From the NCBI GenBank assembly GCA_951406725.2, contig OX597824.1, positions 31,806,001 to 31,870,000 on the forward strand: DNA of 64,000 nt, given 5' to 3'. How positions within the stretch are numbered: position 1 is the first letter of the stretch; every line of letters begins with the position of its first letter. This DNA comes from Octopus vulgaris. Lineage: Eukaryota. This document shows, in pieces, positions 1 to 12,687 of the stretch. Under the pieces are notes generated by a model that worked only from the letters and a program-made list of their open reading frames with translations, did no database searches and was not told where the DNA came from. Made by a program: the position numbers and the translations under genes.

Positions 1-85
1 CCATACGCATTCTTAGTAGTTTAGAGTAGGCTCGAATTAGAGATTATTCTTTGTGGCTAATGGCGTTAGTCCTGATTGGAAGAAG

Positions 86-86
<1 letters not shown>
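1..86 (+). mobile_element. 3' tail of a SINE/RTE-type retroelement (same tail as the element at 176-570)
   Basis: Near-perfect reverse complement of 176-261; ends in ...cctgattggaagaaga next to a (TA)n tract. Confidence 0.6.
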
Positions 87-137
<51 letters not shown>

Positions 138-175
138 TAATAAATCTCTGGGCGTTGTTGTTGGTGCTGCTGCTG

Positions 176-570
176 TCTTCTTCCAATCAGGACTCACGCC
201 ATTAGCCACAAAGAATAATCTCTAATTCGAGCGTACTCTAAGCTACTAAGAATGCGTGTGGCAACTTGAAGATCCACTCACCACACGCGATAGACTGGCG
301 GTTGCACGGGCGCGAAAGCTACGTTGTATCCTCATTCCGTAAACGGTGGCTTTTAACGGGTGGAGGGCTGAACCATCCTGGGGTACAGAGGATTCGCAAT
401 CTAGACTAGGGTCTGAAAGTTTACCACACCATAGTGGGTTACACTATGGTTCCTCTGCTTTGTGGAAGAAGTGGGAAAAAAGAGTGAGAGACAGTTGTGG
501 TGAAAGAGTACAGCTGGGTTCTTACGACCGCGAGTCCATTGCCCTAACCACTCAGCCATTGCGCTTCCAC
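176..570 (-). mobile_element. SINE family C copy (internally deleted tRNA head, RTE-like body and tail)
   Basis: Minus strand starts gtggaagcgcaatggctgagtggttagggcaatggactcgcggtcg like other family C heads; has the shared gaaagagtgagag...gttgtggtgaaagagtaca block; gaagaaga tail. Confidence 0.6.
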
Positions 571-619
571 TTGCTGCTGCTGTTGCTTTTGATGCTGATG
601 TTGTGTTAAATGTGCCTGC

Positions 620-1160
620 AGCAGCAGGGATGGAGTTCTTTACTTTGTATGTGTCAAAAAGCCTTTAAGTGGTTTGTCTCGCCACAAAGACGGCATCTTG
701 GCCTACTGCACTCGAGAGGTTGATCAGATCAGGAATGAATTCGATACCCCTCAAGTGTTTCATTCCCATCCCAAACCAATTTTCCTTTCTCATTTTGTAC
801 ACTCGAAGAATCGTTGTTTTATCCTCCATGCTGCATAATACAGCTGCCGGTACTCCCAATTACTTTATTTTCATCATCCTCCAACCAAGATATTTCGAAA
901 TTAGCCATAATTCCTCATTTTCAAGGTTGTTGCTGCACTTTCTTTGGGTTTTTTTCTTCAGTCGGAAGCCTCACCTCAACTGTACTAAAATGTTTTCCAT
1001 GGATGATATGAGTTTTTATCATCCAGACTAGTCTGAGGCGTATTTTCAATTTGGGCCTGCATCGCTCACACCAGTCTCCTAGTTTTTGATTAAATACACT
1101 TGTAGATAATAGTTTGTTTGTTTTTCTAGTACCTTCTTTTATTTCTTTTGGCATGTTTAG
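620..1160 (-). pseudogene. Degraded Tx1/L1-type ORF1 (gag-like) with CCHC knuckle
   Basis: Peptides HGKHFSTVEVRLPTEE and ILRVYKMRKENWFGMG align by eye with ORF 19076 (GGRYGTVGVRFATEQ, ILKVVRTKKMNCWGYG); a shifted frame reads RPRCRLCGETNHLKAF*. Confidence 0.65.
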
Positions 1161-1425
1161 AAATATTGTTCTCCTATTCCTTGTTAAAGTGTCGCTTTGA
1201 CGTCAGTTAACGTTTTGCCATCACGTCAACTTCCTCCAGACAACAAAACATTTGTGTGAAACCGTTTCCATTTTGTTTAGAAATTATAATGGCCATTGTT
1301 TCCGTTCTGTTAATGCATGTGTTAGTGGTGGTGAGGGTGCTGTTTTCACTATTTCCGTCGTCCGCATGCTTAATGTCGTGCTTTCTATTGGTAATGACAG
1401 TGGGGAGAGGTAATGCTGATGCTGC

Positions 1426-1457
<32 letters not shown>

Positions 1458-1619
1458 ATGATTTTCCCTGCGATACTTCCAGCTTCTGACAGTTCCACGA
1501 TATTCAGGTTGTTATCGGTGTTGTTGTTGTTGCTGTTGCTGTTGCTGTTGAGCGTATCGGTCTTCGTCCAGTGGGAGAAGTCCGAAACGTGGTCCTTTGC
1601 TATTCGTAAGACCCGCAGA

Positions 1620-1907
1620 AGAGAAAGAAGGTCACCCTCCCCCCACCCGACACCGAGAGCATCGACGGATGGATGAATGCGCATCCAGGCTCAGCGGTTG
1701 CATAGGAAGTCGGGGACAAGAAACAGGAAAAAAGAGTGAGAGAAAGTTGGAGCGAAAGAGTACAACAGGGGTCGCCCCCCCCCCCCTGCCGGAGCGTCGT
1801 GGAGCTTTAGGTGTTTTCGCTCAATAAACACACAACGCCCGGTCTGGGAATCGAAACCGCGATCCTCCGGCCGCGAGTCCACTGCCATTGGGCCATTGCG
1901 CCTCCAC
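1620..1907 (-). mobile_element. tRNA-derived SINE family C
   Basis: Head gtggaggcgcaatggccc...ggtttcgattccc (A/B-box-like); body ttattgagcgaaaacacctaaagctccac shared with copies at 3755, 12357 and 39218. Confidence 0.8.
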
Positions 1908-2339
1908 TGCTGCTGCTGTTGCTGCTGTTGTCATTGTGGTTATTGTTACCGTTGCCGCTACTCTCCTGTCTGCTCACAATCGTTTAGTTTTGTGAGGGTA
2001 GAAAGAGGAGGAAACTCTTCGGCTGTAGATGGGATCAGAGGAAGGGTTCTCCCCTAGACCCTCTCATAATGGGTGTTATTGACACTCATTATGGGGGCGT
2101 ATATCTTCTATAATGCTAAACAGGCATTTATTTGGATGGCAACACATTACCCCTTAAGGAACAAAACAACCACAGAACACTAATCATAACATTTCTGGTG
2201 CTCTTAACAAATTATAAGAAAAGTTTTGCACACAGAACGACATGAAATGGTTGAAAACGATGATTTTAAACGAGACTTATGCAGCGTGTTTGAAAATATG
2301 TCTAACCTATTCTGCAGCAAATATATATAATAATAATAA

Positions 2340-3755
2340 TAATCCTTTCTATTATAGGCACAAGGCCTGAAATTTGGTGGAGGGGACAACTCAATTACAT
2401 TGACCCCACTACTTGACTGGTACTTAATTTATCGACCCCAAAAGAATGAAAGGCAAAGTCAAACTCGGCGGAATTTGAACTCAAAACGTGAAGACGGACG
2501 AAATGCCATTAAGCATTTCCCTCAGTGTGCTAACAATTCTGCAACCCCAACGCCTTAATAATAATAATAATAATCGTTTCAAATTTTTCCACAAGGGCAG
2601 CAATGTTGGGGGAGGGGATGTGTTCATTACATTGACCCCAATGTTCAACTGAAACATATTTTATCGATCCCGAAAGGATGAAAAGTAAAGTCGACCTCAG
2701 CAGAATTTGAACTCAGAACGTAGCGACGAGCGAAATACCTCTAAGCATTTCGTCCAGCGCGCTAACGATTCTACCAGCTTGCAGTCTTCCTTAATAATAA
2801 TAATCCTTTCTGCTATAGACACAGGGCCTGAAATTTGGAAGAGGTATTAGTTGATTACATCGAGCCCAGTACTCAACTGGTACTTAATTTATCGACCCCG
2901 AAAGGATGAAAGGCAAAGTCGACCTCAGCAGAATTTGAACTCAGAACATAGCGACGGGCAAAATACTGCAAAGCATTTTGTCCAGCACGCTAACGATTCT
3001 GTCAGTTCGCCACCTTTCTTAATAATAACAACCCTTTCTACTATAGGCACAAAGCCTGAAATTTGGGGGAAGAGGATAGTCAATTATGTCGATCCCAGTT
3101 TTCAACAGGTGCTTATTTCATCGACCCTGAAAGAATGAAAGGCAAAGTTGACCTCGACGGAATTTGAACTCAGAACGTAAGCAGCAGACGAAATACCTAT
3201 TTCTTTACTACCCACAAAGGGCTAAACACAGAGGGAACAAACAAGGACAGACAAACGGATTAAGTTGATTACATTGACCCCAGTGCGTAACTGGTACTTA
3301 ATTTATCGACCCCAAAAGGATGAAAGCCAAAGTCGACCTTGGCGGAATTTGAACTCAGAACGTAATGGCAGACGAAATACGGCTACGCATTTCGCCCGGC
3401 GTGTTAACGTTTCTGCCACTCACCGCCTTTACCTGTTTCTTTACTACCCTCAAGGGGCTAAACACAGAGAGGACAAACAAGGACAGACAAACGGATTAAG
3501 TTGATTACATTGACCCCAGTGCGTAACTGGTACTTAATTTATCGACCCCAAAAGGATGAAAGCCAAAGTCGACCTTGGCGGAATTTGAACTCAGAACGTA
3601 ATGGCAGACGAAATACGGCTACGCATTTCGCCCGGCGTGTTAACGTTTCTGCCACTCACCGCCTTTACCTGTTTCTTTACTACCCTCAAGGGGCTAAACA
3701 CAGAGAGGACAAACAAGGACAGACAAACGGATTAAGTCGATTATATCGACCCCAG
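2340..3755 (-). mobile_element. Tandem array of about 7 tRNA-derived SINE family B copies (Nin/Deu-domain-like)
   Basis: Repeated ~230-bp unit containing gagttcaaattcc (B box) and gccgaggtcgactttgcctttcatcctttcggggtcgataaattaagtacc; (ATT)n tails on the first copies; exact 236-bp duplication (3265/3501). Confidence 0.85.
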
Positions 3756-3968
3756 GCTGGCCCTTTGTAATGCAGGTACAACAGGAAGAAAGAGTGAGAG
3801 AAGATTGTGGTGAAAGAGTACAGCAGGGTTTGTCTCACACTTCCTGCCGGAGCCTCGTGAGCTTTAGATGTTTTCGCTCAATAAACACTCACAACGCCCG
3901 GTCTGGGAATCGAAACGCAATCCCATGACCGCTAGTCCGCTGCTCTAACCACTGGGCTGTTGCGCCTC
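3755..3968 (-). mobile_element. SINE family C
   Basis: Same head and body as 1620-1907. Confidence 0.75.
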
Positions 3969-4231
3969 TGCACACACACACACAAACACAAATTGTTACA
4001 GTTACAGTATATCTCTAGAGGTCTCGGTCTTTCATCATTGCATATAATACATATATATGTGTATATATACATACATATAATATATGAAGGAAACGGAAAA
4101 TGGAGTTAGCAAGAATCTTTATTCAACAAAATGATCATTTTGACCAATCCTGCATCTGTTTCTTATGGGTGGGATACTGCACAGCTAGTTGTGCTGCATC
4201 CACCAGTGCATCTTGTCAGGTGTCGCATTTT

Positions 4232-4608
4232 AAACATGAGCACTCAGAGAGCACAAACCTCCACCAAGGCAACACCAATGTCCTCTCAACGATTAGCCAG
4301 AGATGATTTTGAAAATGGGAATACCTGAAATAAACTCAACTGCTCCCACAAACAAGAATGCTAAAAAGGAACCCGACTTCTCTCAAAAATTAAGCAAATA
4401 AAAAGGAAGAATATTTCAGAATCCTTTTCTGGTACTAGATCAATCCCAAAATCTAATCAGTTTGTGCCAGTCACGAGGCCAAACATCCCTGAAAGTTTCA
4501 TCCGAATCCATCCAGCGGTTCTTGAGATACCTTGTCCATGGACAAACTAACAAACAAACAAACACACCTGTAAACAATACCTCTGCTTTCGCTAAGGCTG
4601 AGGTAATA
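4232..4608 (-). mobile_element. Helentron/DINE-like non-autonomous element
   Basis: One end is aaacatgagcactcagagagcacaaacctccaccaagg; the other has (aaac)n followed by the hairpin tacctctgc...ggctgaggta; resembles Helentron-associated elements; strand uncertain. Confidence 0.5.
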
Positions 4609-4914
4609 AGGTACTTTGCTACGTATACTCAGTTTTGCTTAGCATGTTGTGGTCACCAGTTGGTTGTTGGCTATACTGATAGAAGATGAAAACATTTCTG
4701 GGTTATAACCGATAAATAGGTCTGGCAGTACGTCATAGTGAATGCGTGACATAAAGCTCTAGCCAAAAAGAAAGAGCAAGGGAGAGCAGGCAAGAGCAGG
4801 AGAGAGGGGGGGAGAGAGAGAGATGAAGTAGAATGATAGTGATGATTTTTAACTCAATAAACTCATTTACTTTCTAAAAATAATGTCCTTATTTATTACT
4901 CTAATGATTTTATC

Positions 4915-5318
4915 TCTCTTTACTCTTTACTCTTTTACTTGTTTCAGTCATTTGACTGCGGCCATGCTGGAGCACCACTTTTAATCGAGCAAATCGACCC
5001 CGGGACTTATACTTTTGTAAGCCCAGTACTTATTCTATCAGTCCCTTTTGCCGAACTGCTAAGTAACGGGGACATAAACACACCAGCATCGGTTGTCAAG
5101 CAATACTAGGGGGACAAACACAGACACACAAACACACACATGCATATATATATATATACATATATACGACGGGCTTCTTTCAGTTTCCGTCTACCAAATC
5201 CACTCACAAGGCTTTGGTTGGCCTGAGGCTATAGTAGAAAGCACTTGCCCAAGGTGCCACGTAGTGGGACTGAACCTGGAACCATATGGTTGGTAAACAA
5301 GCTACTTACCACACAGCA
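4915..5318 (-). mobile_element. tRNA-derived CORE-like SINE family A
   Basis: Reverse complement of gctgtgtggtaagtagcttg...ggttcagtccc...ccttgggcaagt...gactgaaacaagtaaaagagtaaa. Confidence 0.85.
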
Positions 5319-5639
5319 TGTATCTACTGGAAAACTGATACATGCTGCATACAAATGGAGTGAAATTTTGAAATCAGCATGAAAAATTAGTCTAAAAAAA
5401 TTGGTTTACATTTAATTTTGTTGACCATTGTTATTATGTTGCAAATACAAAAACAAAAACAAAACAAAAAAATACTGATTTGGGCTACAATATAAGAATA
5501 TGTGTTGAATAATATAGTTTATGTCATCTTGACAAAGTTCTAAGATACAGAAACTTCTGGAATAATATGTAACAAGACTACATGACATAACTTGCACAAT
5601 GTTTTTACAACCTTCTTTTGGTCAACAAATTATTCTATC

Positions 5640-6660
5640 TGTGATATGGTGAAGACGTAAGAGCACAGTTCTAACTTCAAGAAGAAGACTGTTGATGCTC
5701 ATGCTGCTAGAGGTGGGTATAAGACAATATCTAAGAATTTCAGTATGGCTAGATCAACTGTTCACAACATAATCTTGAAGAATCAAGACACTGGTTTGTT
5801 GGATGTAGCAGAAAGAAGTTCTTTTCAGAAAAACAAGAGATGTTAATTAAAATGGTCAACAATGATACTAAAGTAACAACTGCAAAGATAATAGCCAATT
5901 TGACAGCATATTGGAGTCTGTGTTTCAAGGTCAATGACTACTTGAACACTCAATAGAAGTAACTTGAAAATGTGCCATTACTGGAAGACACCATTGTTGA
6001 AGACAAAGCACTTAACAGCTCATTCAAAGTTTACAAGGGACTTTCTTAAAGAAGCTTGTTCTCTGTTCTGAGGCCTGATGAAACCAAACTTGATTTATCC
6101 ACTCAAAATATAGAACTACCATTTGGAGGAAAAGTGGAGTAGCCTACAATTCAAAGAACATCATCTCTGCCATCAAACATGGCAAAGGCAGCATAATGCT
6201 GGGAGTTTTTTTTTTCTGCCAGAGACACTGAAAAATTAATTCAAATTAAAGAAATGATGAAAAAGAGAATTATCTCAATATTTTGAATGAAAGTCATTGG
6301 TGAAGCAACTGGGATGGGGATGTTGTTACACTTTCAGCAGGACAATGATCCTAAACATGCCTCACTTTTAATCCAAAATTGGTTGAAAGAAACTACCACT
6401 ATGGCCGGTTCAAAGTCCTGGCTTAAACCCAATAAAAAATTTATGGTGGGAGCTAAAGTAGAGAATGAAAGTAAGATGGCCGTCTAATTTGAAGCAGTTG
6501 GAAGAATATGCAATTAAAATTCCTTCTGATCTGTGCCTGATTATAACTGAAAATAACCCTCATAGACTGAAGGAAGTTATTAAGCATAAAGGATACACTA
6601 TTGACTGTTAATCATCAAATGTTGTCCGGGGTGGGGGTAGGGACAATAATTTTGAATCAT
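5640..6660 (+). mobile_element. Degraded Tc1-like transposon
   Basis: Fragmented transposase motifs MVKT, RGGYKTISK, DETKL, IKHGKGSIML and FQQDNDPKHAS; many stops and frameshifts. Confidence 0.75.
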
Positions 6661-7659
6661 CTAATTGTTTTGCTTTTCTACATTACTCATTAATGAAAAA
6701 ATTGTTTTAGAAATTTAACTTTTGTTTGGTGTCCCTGAAACAACTCTGCCTGCATTGATCAAAAATTATTTATGTAGACACTAATTTCGGGGAGAAATTG
6801 TGTGCATGACTGTATGTGTATGTGTAGTTAGTTCTGTTGTACTATGTTGTACTATGTCAGTTCTGTTGTACTATGCTGACAATTTAATGTGATATTCAAT
6901 AGGAATCTTATATTCAAGTGTTAAAATTTTCAAGTAGCAAGTAGCATGAATTAAAATTAAAAAACAAAAACAAAACAATATCCTGTAGTGTTGAAAAGTA
7001 GTATCATCTGCTACTTGTAATCCATCTACCATGCTTGAGGCAGTGGAGAGTAAAGCTTTTTAATAAATTGGCAATTAGTTAAAATCTCTGTGGCCACTGT
7101 CTCTTTCAAGTTAGAAATAGCCAACTTCCTGCTTACTCCACACTCACTTAGAAAGTTAGGTATTGACATAAGACAAAAATAAAAACAATATAACTAACAC
7201 ATACACACACACACACACACACTCACATACACACACTCGTATTCTTTTATTCGTTTATACATTTCAGCCCTAAAACTGTGGCCATTCTTGATGCGAATTT
7301 GTATGTTTAATACTTTGCTGTATCTTGAGTGGGTTATCATCTAGTATAATAATACTCATGTTTTTTTCCATCACAACATATGAATGAGAAAGGAAAAGGT
7401 GATGGCAAACTCGGTAGTGGGATGAAGGAAATTCTATGCATTTCATTTCAACTCTGTGTGAGTATATGTGTGTGTGTGTAAAAGGGAGATATGTGAATGT
7501 TTGTGTGTGTGCAATGGAAGTGGGATAGTGAACATTCAATGCTGAAAAGAAAAATCAAACAGTGTTTCAACTTTGTATATGTGTGTGCGTGTACAAGGGA
7601 AGTATGTGTATGTTTGTATATGTGAACCACATAAGCTAGATCGATTACCTCCTCACCAG

Positions 7660-9945
7660 GCAATGAATAGGCGCTGATGCTCTCAAATATGAATTCGTTC
7701 CCAAATGAAGAGTGTACTACCCAACATAGGTTACTAGTTAGTGATTTCAGAATTAGAGCTAGAAAGACTCAGAGAAATAAACTATTCTGGAAAAGATTAT
7801 CAAAGCTCAAAGACCCAGCAAACCAACAGCAATTGAGAGCTATTCTTATGGAAGCCTCTGATGAAAAAGAGGAAGAGGTAGGGACATATAACTTAGAGAA
7901 CAATTGGAAGTTCCTTGAAGACAATCTTCTGAGGGTTGCAGACCAAGCCTGTGGCTGGTGCAAAGTCCCGCCTAGACCAAGGGTGATATGGTAATGGAAC
8001 AAGGAAATAGACAGTGCTATAAAAGCATAGAGACAGGACTGGAAAGACTGGAAAAATGGTGGAAGCAGAGAATCACATCAGGTAGCCAGAAGGGAAGCTA
8101 GATGACAGGTTTACATAGCAAAAGGAATTGCAGAAGATAAGAGATTTGCCAATGTTCCACAACATGAGGATCAGAGGTGTGAGGTGTTCAGGATTGCAAA
8201 GCAGTGTATCAGAGAGCATAGAGATGCGGTGGCTGAAAAATGTGTGTGAATGGATAATGGTATGCTTGCATTTAGTGACTCAGGGAAGAAAGATACATGG
8301 AATGCTACTATGTAAGGTCACTAAATGTGAAATATAAATAAGAGAAGGAGAATCTTTCAAATATTGAACCAATTGAGGGACCAGCCATCAGAGTTGATTG
8401 CAATATAATAGATAAAGCAATTAAGCATATGAAAACAAGGGAAGCCCTTGGACCATCAAGAATCACTGCCAAGATGATTAAAATATCCAGCAGTGAAGGA
8501 TATATACAGTCTAGTTACTCATATAGTTAATCAGGTTATTCAGGAAGAAGTCACCTCCAAGGACTGGTGTATTAGTATTATTATAGTAAGCTGCCACATC
8601 ATCAGTAAAGGTGATGCCTTAGATAGAAACAACTACATAGATATCAAACTGCTAGACCAGATCATGAAAGTTACAGAGAAAGTTATTGCTCAATTGATTG
8701 AGAATAGAATTAAACTAGAGGAGATGCAGTTTGGTTTTATACCTGGGAAGAGTACCACAGATGTTATCTTCCTAGTGAGACAGCTGCAGGAAGAGAATTT
8801 GGCCAAAAGCAGACCATTGTACTTAGTTTTCGTCGACCTGGAGAAAGTATTTGACAGAATCCCTTGCTCTGTTATTTGGTGGTCTCTAAGGAAGTGAGGA
8901 GTAGAGGAGTAGCTTATTAGAGCTGTACATGCCATGTACAGTGGTGCTGTCAGCAAGATAAGAGTTGGCCATGAATACAGTGACGAATTTAGCATACAAG
9001 TAGGGGTTCACCGGAGTTCATTTCTTAGTTCACTCTTATTCACCATAGTCTTCGAGGCCATAACAGAAGAATTCAAAGCTTGATGCCCATGGGAACTACT
9101 ATATGCTGATGACCTCACTCTTATTGCAGAATCTGAAGTAGAATTTTATAAGAAATTCCAGGTATGGAAGCAAATCCTTGAATCAAAAGGCCTTAAAGTT
9201 AACCTAGCAAAGACCAAAGTGGTTGTTAGCAAGAAAGCAGATAAGACTCTCTTTCCATCAGTTAAATGGCCCTGCTCAATATGTAGGAAAGAAGTTGGAA
9301 GAAATTCTATTTGCTGCATCCAGTGTCAGCTATGGACACAGAAATGCAGTGGAATCACTGGTAGATTAACAGATAAAGTCATCTTCGTATGTGGCAGTTG
9401 TGCATGAACAATAAGCACTAAGGGCACACTGGACTTAGGCTCTCTCAAATTTCCAGGAGGCTCTCTTGAGGTAGTTGATAGTTTCTGTTACTTAGGTGAC
9501 CAATTTAGCAATGTTGGAGGATGCTTTGAAAGTATTGTTTCGAAAATAAGAATAGGATGGCGTAAGTTCAGAGAGCTATTACCTCTGTTGTCAACAAAAG
9601 AACTCTCTTCCAGAATAAAAGTTAGATTGTATAATGCTTGTATACGAACAGTTATACACCTTGGTAATGAGGCATGAGCTCTGAATGTAGAAGACATGTG
9701 TAAACTAGAGAGGAATCAAGGTAGTTTGTTCCACTGGATCGTTTAGGCATATGATGTGCATGAATGAAGACAACTGTATAAAGAAGTGCTAATCACTGAA
9801 ATGGATGCTACCTGTGGAAGAGGGAGACCCAGGAACACTTGGGATGAAGTGGTGAACACAGATTTCAGGTTGCAGAACCTCAAAGAGGAAATGACAATGG
9901 ACCAATATGTCTTGCGATATGAGGTTCTTCACAAAACCCGCCCAC
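7660..9945 (+). mobile_element. Degraded RTE-clade LINE ORF2 (endonuclease end, RT, PHD-like finger)
   Basis: Motifs TQHRLLVSDF, MQFGFIPGKSTTDVIFLVRQLQE, LVFVDLEKVFDRIP, LLYADDL and WPCSICRKEVGRNSI; many stops. Confidence 0.9.
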
Positions 9946-9951
9946 ATCAAG

Positions 9952-9988
<37 letters not shown>

Positions 9989-10150
9989 AGTAAAGTTAAT
10001 CCCCACATTAACGTGGGTGTTCAAGGTTACTACTGGTTTAACCCCTAGCAGATATTCTGCTAGCTGGTTATCGGTACAGCCCTGCACTTTGTACATATAT
10101 ATTGCTAGCAGGGATAGCGAATCCCTACCATCCTCCACCAGATGATAGGA

Positions 10151-10199
10151 TCGTGAGACTGACTCAGTTTTGAGCTAGTTTGCTCATATTCAATCATGA
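10151..10199 (-). ncRNA. Degenerate type I hammerhead ribozyme motif
   Basis: Minus strand: tcatga-TTGAATA-t-gagc aaacta gctc-AAAA-ctg agt cag-TC-tcacga; the three stems are in hammerhead order, but the core is mutated. Confidence 0.45.
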
Positions 10200-11169
10200 A
10201 CACCTAGTCACCAAAGAGATGGTCAGAGTCCACTCCAGCTAGCAATATATTGTAAACAAAGTGAGCATTAGTCACTGATTTACAACAAGCAAAGTAGCTA
10301 GTTGTAAAATCTCAAGAAGAGATGAAATTAGTAACAATATTAACAAATTAATCACTACATCAAAGTGGGTTAAATAGGAAGAACTCAACAAAGGGAAACA
10401 TTTGACAAAATCATAACAAATGGCAAATAAGACAAAAGCATAATACATAGAAAATTCACGGCTGATTCCTCAACAGTCAATGTCCAAGACATCTTAATGG
10501 TTTTGTGCTTTTAACATTGATACCACTCCATCTTGGCAGCAACAGAGCAGGAAGCTTCTGGGAATAGCTAGCAAATGTATACAAGAACTAAAACAAACAA
10601 TACAAACTAAAATGATATAACAACTGTACGTATACAACAGAACAATATTAAAATAATAATACAAATACTAGAGAAAAAGAATAATTATACATATACAACA
10701 GAAAAAGGCCTTTCGGTTATACAATAGAAAAAGAATAATTATACATATATAACATATACAACAATACAACAGGAAAAAGACCCTTCAGCTATCGAACAGA
10801 CATTACAGTGATGTAATGCAAACGAGAAATGGAAAAAAGTCCTAAAGGACAGAGTGAGAAGCCCAGAATGTCTGTCTGGGCTTCTCAATCTAGTCAAAGG
10901 TAGGGCAAAAAACAACACTGCCTTAGGTGGACATTGGTCACGTGGTAGTTGGAGGAGATCAGAAGAGTTGTAGAAGGCAGAGTGGCTGAAGAAATGGAAG
11001 AGAATAAGAGGGAGGGAAAGAGAGAGAGAAAAAGTAAAAGGGAGGGAAGGAAAGAGATAGTCTTCAATGTCATACAATAAATATTCAAAGAATATTTTTA
11101 CAATTAAGTAAACAAATAGGGAGTGCATTCGTTTGTATGTATGTATGTATGTATGGTCTTCTTTTGATG

Positions 11170-11540
11170 CTGACATGCAATGTCTGTGCAAGACCCTGCC
11201 TCAGTAAAGCTGGGCTCAAGAATCATCTTCGTAATCATAAAGTGAGACAGATGAGTGACAACCTGGCCACTGGTGGTGGTGTAACACACCATACTAATCA
11301 TATCTGTCGGGCATGTGGAAGAGAGTGTAATTCGGCAGGAGGACTTAAATGACATGCAAAGGTACATGAAGCCCAGTTACAACTATGGCCGGCTATTACC
11401 GGTAAAGGTTTTAGTTGCCAATTCTGTACAAGACATTGTAGATCTTTAGCTGAGCTAAAAAGTCACATTCGATCACAGTACCAGTAACAGTTAAGCTTCG
11501 TGCAATGGCCATACTCGATAACGAGGGGGCAGCCATTATG
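11170..11540 (+). mobile_element. 3' end of an RTE/BovB-like LINE with three C2H2 zinc fingers
   Basis: Peptides CNVCARPCLSKAGLKNHLRNH, CRACGRECNSAGGLK*H and CQFCTRHCRSLAELKSHIRS; tail gcaatggccatactcgataacgagggggcagcc followed by (TATG)n. Confidence 0.7.
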
Positions 11541-12356
11541 TATGTATGTATGTATGTATGTATGTATGTATGTATGTATGTATGTATGTATGTATGTATG
11601 TATGTGTCTGTGTATGTATGTATGTATGTATGTATGCATGCAAGTATCTATGTACATATGTATGTATATATGGTGATTGCTACTTCTTTACAGAAGTAGG
11701 CCATCTCTTCAATTAGAAATGCTGCAATGAAATCTCATATGACTAGCAAGTCTGGACAAATATTTTCAAGCAGAAAAGCATCAGGGATTGAAGTCGAGTA
11801 TTCATTTCAAAATGGATTATTTGAATGTCTGTGTTTCAATAAACGTGTATTAAACAAATGAAAAGTTTATTTTGAACCTGACTGTCAAGTATATGATGGT
11901 ACATTTAATATTCAGCACAAGAGGAAGTCTGATGTAAAACTGTTTGTTGAAACTGCAAAACACAAATGATGCCTAAAGTCCTTGGGTCTCTTGACTATAA
12001 AAATAGCATATTTATTCAGAGAGGGACACGGAAGAATAAAAAAAAAATTAATAACACTTGTAGATGTCACAGTGACCTACCACATCATCAAGCATTATGA
12101 ATCATTCAACATGAATGATGGTATGAAATAATTTATAATTGCAGCGTTTTATGATGATGAAAGTGCACGTAGATTTTGATGTGCTAAGACTACATGGACA
12201 GTATTAGTAAACTTCAAAGTCCCTCTCAATACTGTTCTTGTTAATAATAAATAATAAATTTGTACTCTACAAAAGTATGGAATAACTCTACAGGTTACTG
12301 TAAATTTTTTTGATTACTGAAAATAAAAGCAAACATTAATGTATATATATATATAT

Positions 12357-12668
12357 ATCACCGTGATCACCGTGACAGACCAGGCTATCAGATGTTGCTA
12401 CACATCGCTGGTTACAATGCGCTTCGCATTGTTTTAGCCTTCAAATGATGCCACCCCGCTGGCTAAGCGAGCAGGCCAACAGAAGAAAGAGTGAGAGAAA
12501 GTTGTGGCGAAAGAGTACAGTAGGGATCGCCACCACCCCCTGCCGGAGCCTCGTGGAGCTTTAGGTGTTTTTGCTCAATAAACACTCACAATGCTTGGTC
12601 TGGGAATCAAAACTGCAATTCCACAACCTCGAGTCCAATGCCCTAACCACTGGTCCATTGCGCCTCCA
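12357..12668 (-). mobile_element. SINE family C
   Basis: Family C head and body with a distinct tail ending in cacggtgatcacggtga. Confidence 0.8.
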
Positions 12669-12687
12669 CATATATATATATATATAT

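Noticed and set aside
5093-5296. Recurrent small ORF (..[17 protein letters not shown]..) suggesting a gene family
   Set aside because: It is the antisense reading of SINE family A in every case
11137-11480. Host C2H2 zinc-finger gene
   Set aside because: It has an in-frame stop, lacks TGEKP linkers, and is followed by an RTE-type tail and microsatellite, so it is a LINE C-terminus
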